From Raillietiella orientalis (lineage: Eukaryota), in contig JAYWIR010000032.1 of the NCBI GenBank assembly GCA_036172245.1, positions 2,232,001 through 2,296,000 of the forward strand: 64,000 bases of DNA, read 5' to 3'. Below, piece by piece: positions 61,700 to 64,000 of the stretch; position 1 is the stretch's first letter, and each line of letters starts with the position of its first letter. A program made the position numbers and the translations under genes. The notes beneath the pieces are model-generated. The model made no database searches, had not been told where the DNA came from, and was given only the letters and a program-made list of their open reading frames with translations.

Positions 61700-64000
61700 G
61701 TAGAGTTTAGAAATAAACGCCCTAGCTTGACCGGGTGTCAACCAGTGCCTCCTCGCCCGGAGCCAACTGAGGCAAACCAGTGTCGTCCTGTGGAGGACCC
61801 ATGATGCGCCTCCCATTTCTCAGGAAGATCTATCCTTCTTCGGATGGAATTCTAACCCGCGACGCGCGGAGACGGTAGCAGCTACGTGGCCGCCAACGCA
61901 GGCAAAAGACCATGTCCTTCCATTCGGATGTTGGCGACGTCTTATTCTCAATGCAGATCTCTAGGAATTTGATGTCATCCCCTGCATTAAGTCTGTGGAT
62001 GCTGAAGATGTCAGGGGATGTCAGGGAATCCAGCGGCAAGCAGTTGGCACTTGGTTGCGTAGCCTTCCCATGTTCTACGACTTTCACAAAGGAGGAAGGG
62101 TCCTTCCTCGTTAGTCATGACGAATAATGGGTTGTTGGCGTAAGTAGGTGGATGATGGTCTTCCAGACGGGACTCTCGAGCTTGAGATCTTTGGTCACAT
62201 GTCCATGTCAAAGACGAGGAGCATGGAGCTCAGGGCATCTCCCTAGTAGACTCCTCTTTTCATCCCATCTCTTGAGACCATTTCGTTGATGGCGAAATGC
62301 AATCGCACTTCTTCCAGAATAACCACTACGAGTGCCAGAAATTTTTTTCGGAAGCCCTTCTTCTGGATCCTAAAAAGCATCATGTGGTCAGCCGAGCCGA
62401 AGATTGGTGAGATTTAGAATCAGATCGTTTTCAAGGATGAAGATGTATCCTAGGAGGAATTGAGCGCACTTGGCATTCTTCCACATTTGCCCTCAAGGAA
62501 CGGCGTGCGTTTGCATGCGAGAAACCACAGATCCAATACATCCCCCCAGGCGATTGACCCAGTTCTTGGCCATCCACTTGGTGTTAAAGTTCAGAACGGA
62601 GATGGGCGGCCGGCTTACGATTGCCTCCTTGTTGGAGAAGTCTTATCCCAGGAAGGATGTGGGCAGTCGTCCTCTCTCCCGCATCCGGGTCGGCAGCGGG
62701 CTCAACAGAGGCAGGCAGGCAGAAAGATACATCGACCGTGGGCAACGGACATGGTGTCAGGACCTGTCTCCACGTCGTTGCAGAATTCTAGAAAAACTAT
62801 CTTGATTTTCTCGTCCATGAAGTCTTGGTCCAGGGCTTGCTGCTGAAGGAGTCCGGAGGGTTGCCTGACGACACTTCGCAGGACTTGCTCCTCCGCTTCT
62901 CCTCGAGAGGTTTCCCGCGAAACAGCTCAGAGTGGTGGTGGTGGAATACCTCCACCACTTGTTCCATGGTCCGATACTGTCGCTGCTGGTATTGGATGAG
63001 GATGTCCGTTGTGAGGTTCATCTTTTCTGGCATTCCAGTGTCGTTGTTGACAATTCAGTCCAGGTTTCTTCTAAGACATAGAGCGAGGGGATGTTGCTGG
63101 TGCAACTCCTGTTGCGCTTACTATCTGAGCTCCCTACTAGTCGCCCTACTAGTACCTGTTTGAAAAAAGATGGACTGCATGCTTGAGACGGTTCCGGTCT
63201 TCAATACTGTTAATGGTAGTCTTTTAGCCATCATCAGTAGCATTGAAGGAGGTCCTCACAACGTATTGGCATTCCAGGTAACCCTCGTACTAGTTGGGTA
63301 TGCGGGTGAGCACCGCTCTGGCTTCCGAGTGCTCCTTTCCGGAATGGGTGATGTTCATCGAGAACCTGAAGAGGGAGTGATGCGAGATAGTGGCGGGCAG
63401 CTCCCATAGTCCCTGGAATTGTTCATGTTCTCTGAGTAGAGCATGTAGTCCATCGGCGTGTGCGTGGCACCCATCCAGATGAGGCCGAGTTCTTCCACCA
63501 CGAGCCGATAACCATTGCATTCTTGAACACCCAGTGCCTTCCGAGATCCACATTCAGGTCTCCCACGATGACCATGATATCCTTCGGAGCTACCTTGCTT
63601 TTGAGGAAGTCCATAGAGCCATCACGAAAGCTTCTTTCTTTTTATGTAGTTCGTGTACGTCCATCACGAACAGGTGAATACTTCCGGACCACACCAACCT
63701 CAATCCCAGGACGCGGGCTTCCCATCCCTAGGAGACTTCCGAGGTGAGAAGTTGTTCTTTACCAGGATGGTTATTCACTTTCGGTCCTCCTTGCCCTGGT
63801 TCCTGAAGAGCTACGCTTGCAAATTGTGGCTGAGCTCCTTCCCTATGGTCGCAGTCATTCCATGAATTTCGTGGTTACAGCTGATGAGTTCGTGTTTCAA
63901 AAGCCACCTTTCACCTGCCTCCTCTTCCAAGCCTTGGTTAATCCGTCAAGGGATTCGCTCCTGTTTGCTCCTCTGAAGAGAACCCCGAAGAGATGCTTCC
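61700..64000 (-). mobile_element. Decayed L1/Tx1-like ORF2 (APE endonuclease + RT), running off the window edge
   Basis: VIVGDLN (APE), TGPD, RPPISVLNFNTKWMAKNWVNRL (RT motif 1), GVY*GDALSSMLL, TYANN (YADD relic) and IKFLEI (YLG relic). Confidence 0.8.

Noticed and set aside
1..64000. CRISPR arrays, rRNA, intact tRNA genes, telomeric repeats, prokaryotic operons
   Set aside because: None seen; the DNA is spliceosomal-intron-containing animal sequence.

Overview
Gene-dense animal genomic DNA, probably from an invertebrate with a compact genome: most introns are GT-AG and about 42-65 nt long. It holds eight spliced or single-exon protein genes: NXF1 (-), two tandem trypsin-like serine proteases (-), DENR (+), an SGSM1/2-type RUN-TBC Rab-GAP (-), a TPC1-type two-pore channel (+), mevalonate kinase (-) and ALG6 with an intronless CDS (-). 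There is also a frameshifted histone H2B relic. Three zones (about 0.2-5.9 kb, 43.0-44.9 kb and 58.6-64 kb) hold decayed L1/Tx1-like non-LTR retrotransposons from two families, each with its own conserved 3' terminal stem-loop. The most notable points are: (i) NXF1 keeps the exact 110-nt exon / long intron / 37-nt exon cassette linked to intron retention, and retention would give an immediate stop; (ii) a small structured element (B-box, 17-bp perfect hairpin, 9-bp terminal inverted repeat) is split by a retrotransposon with a 14-bp target-site duplication; (iii) the TPC1 lacks the canonical voltage-sensing arginine; (iv) housekeeping gene bodies are CpG-poor while the protease domain and transposons are GC/CpG-rich; (v) two convergent gene pairs are packed extremely tightly. 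All calls come from manual translation and motif recognition; no database searches were run, and I cannot show that anything here is a truly undescribed system.
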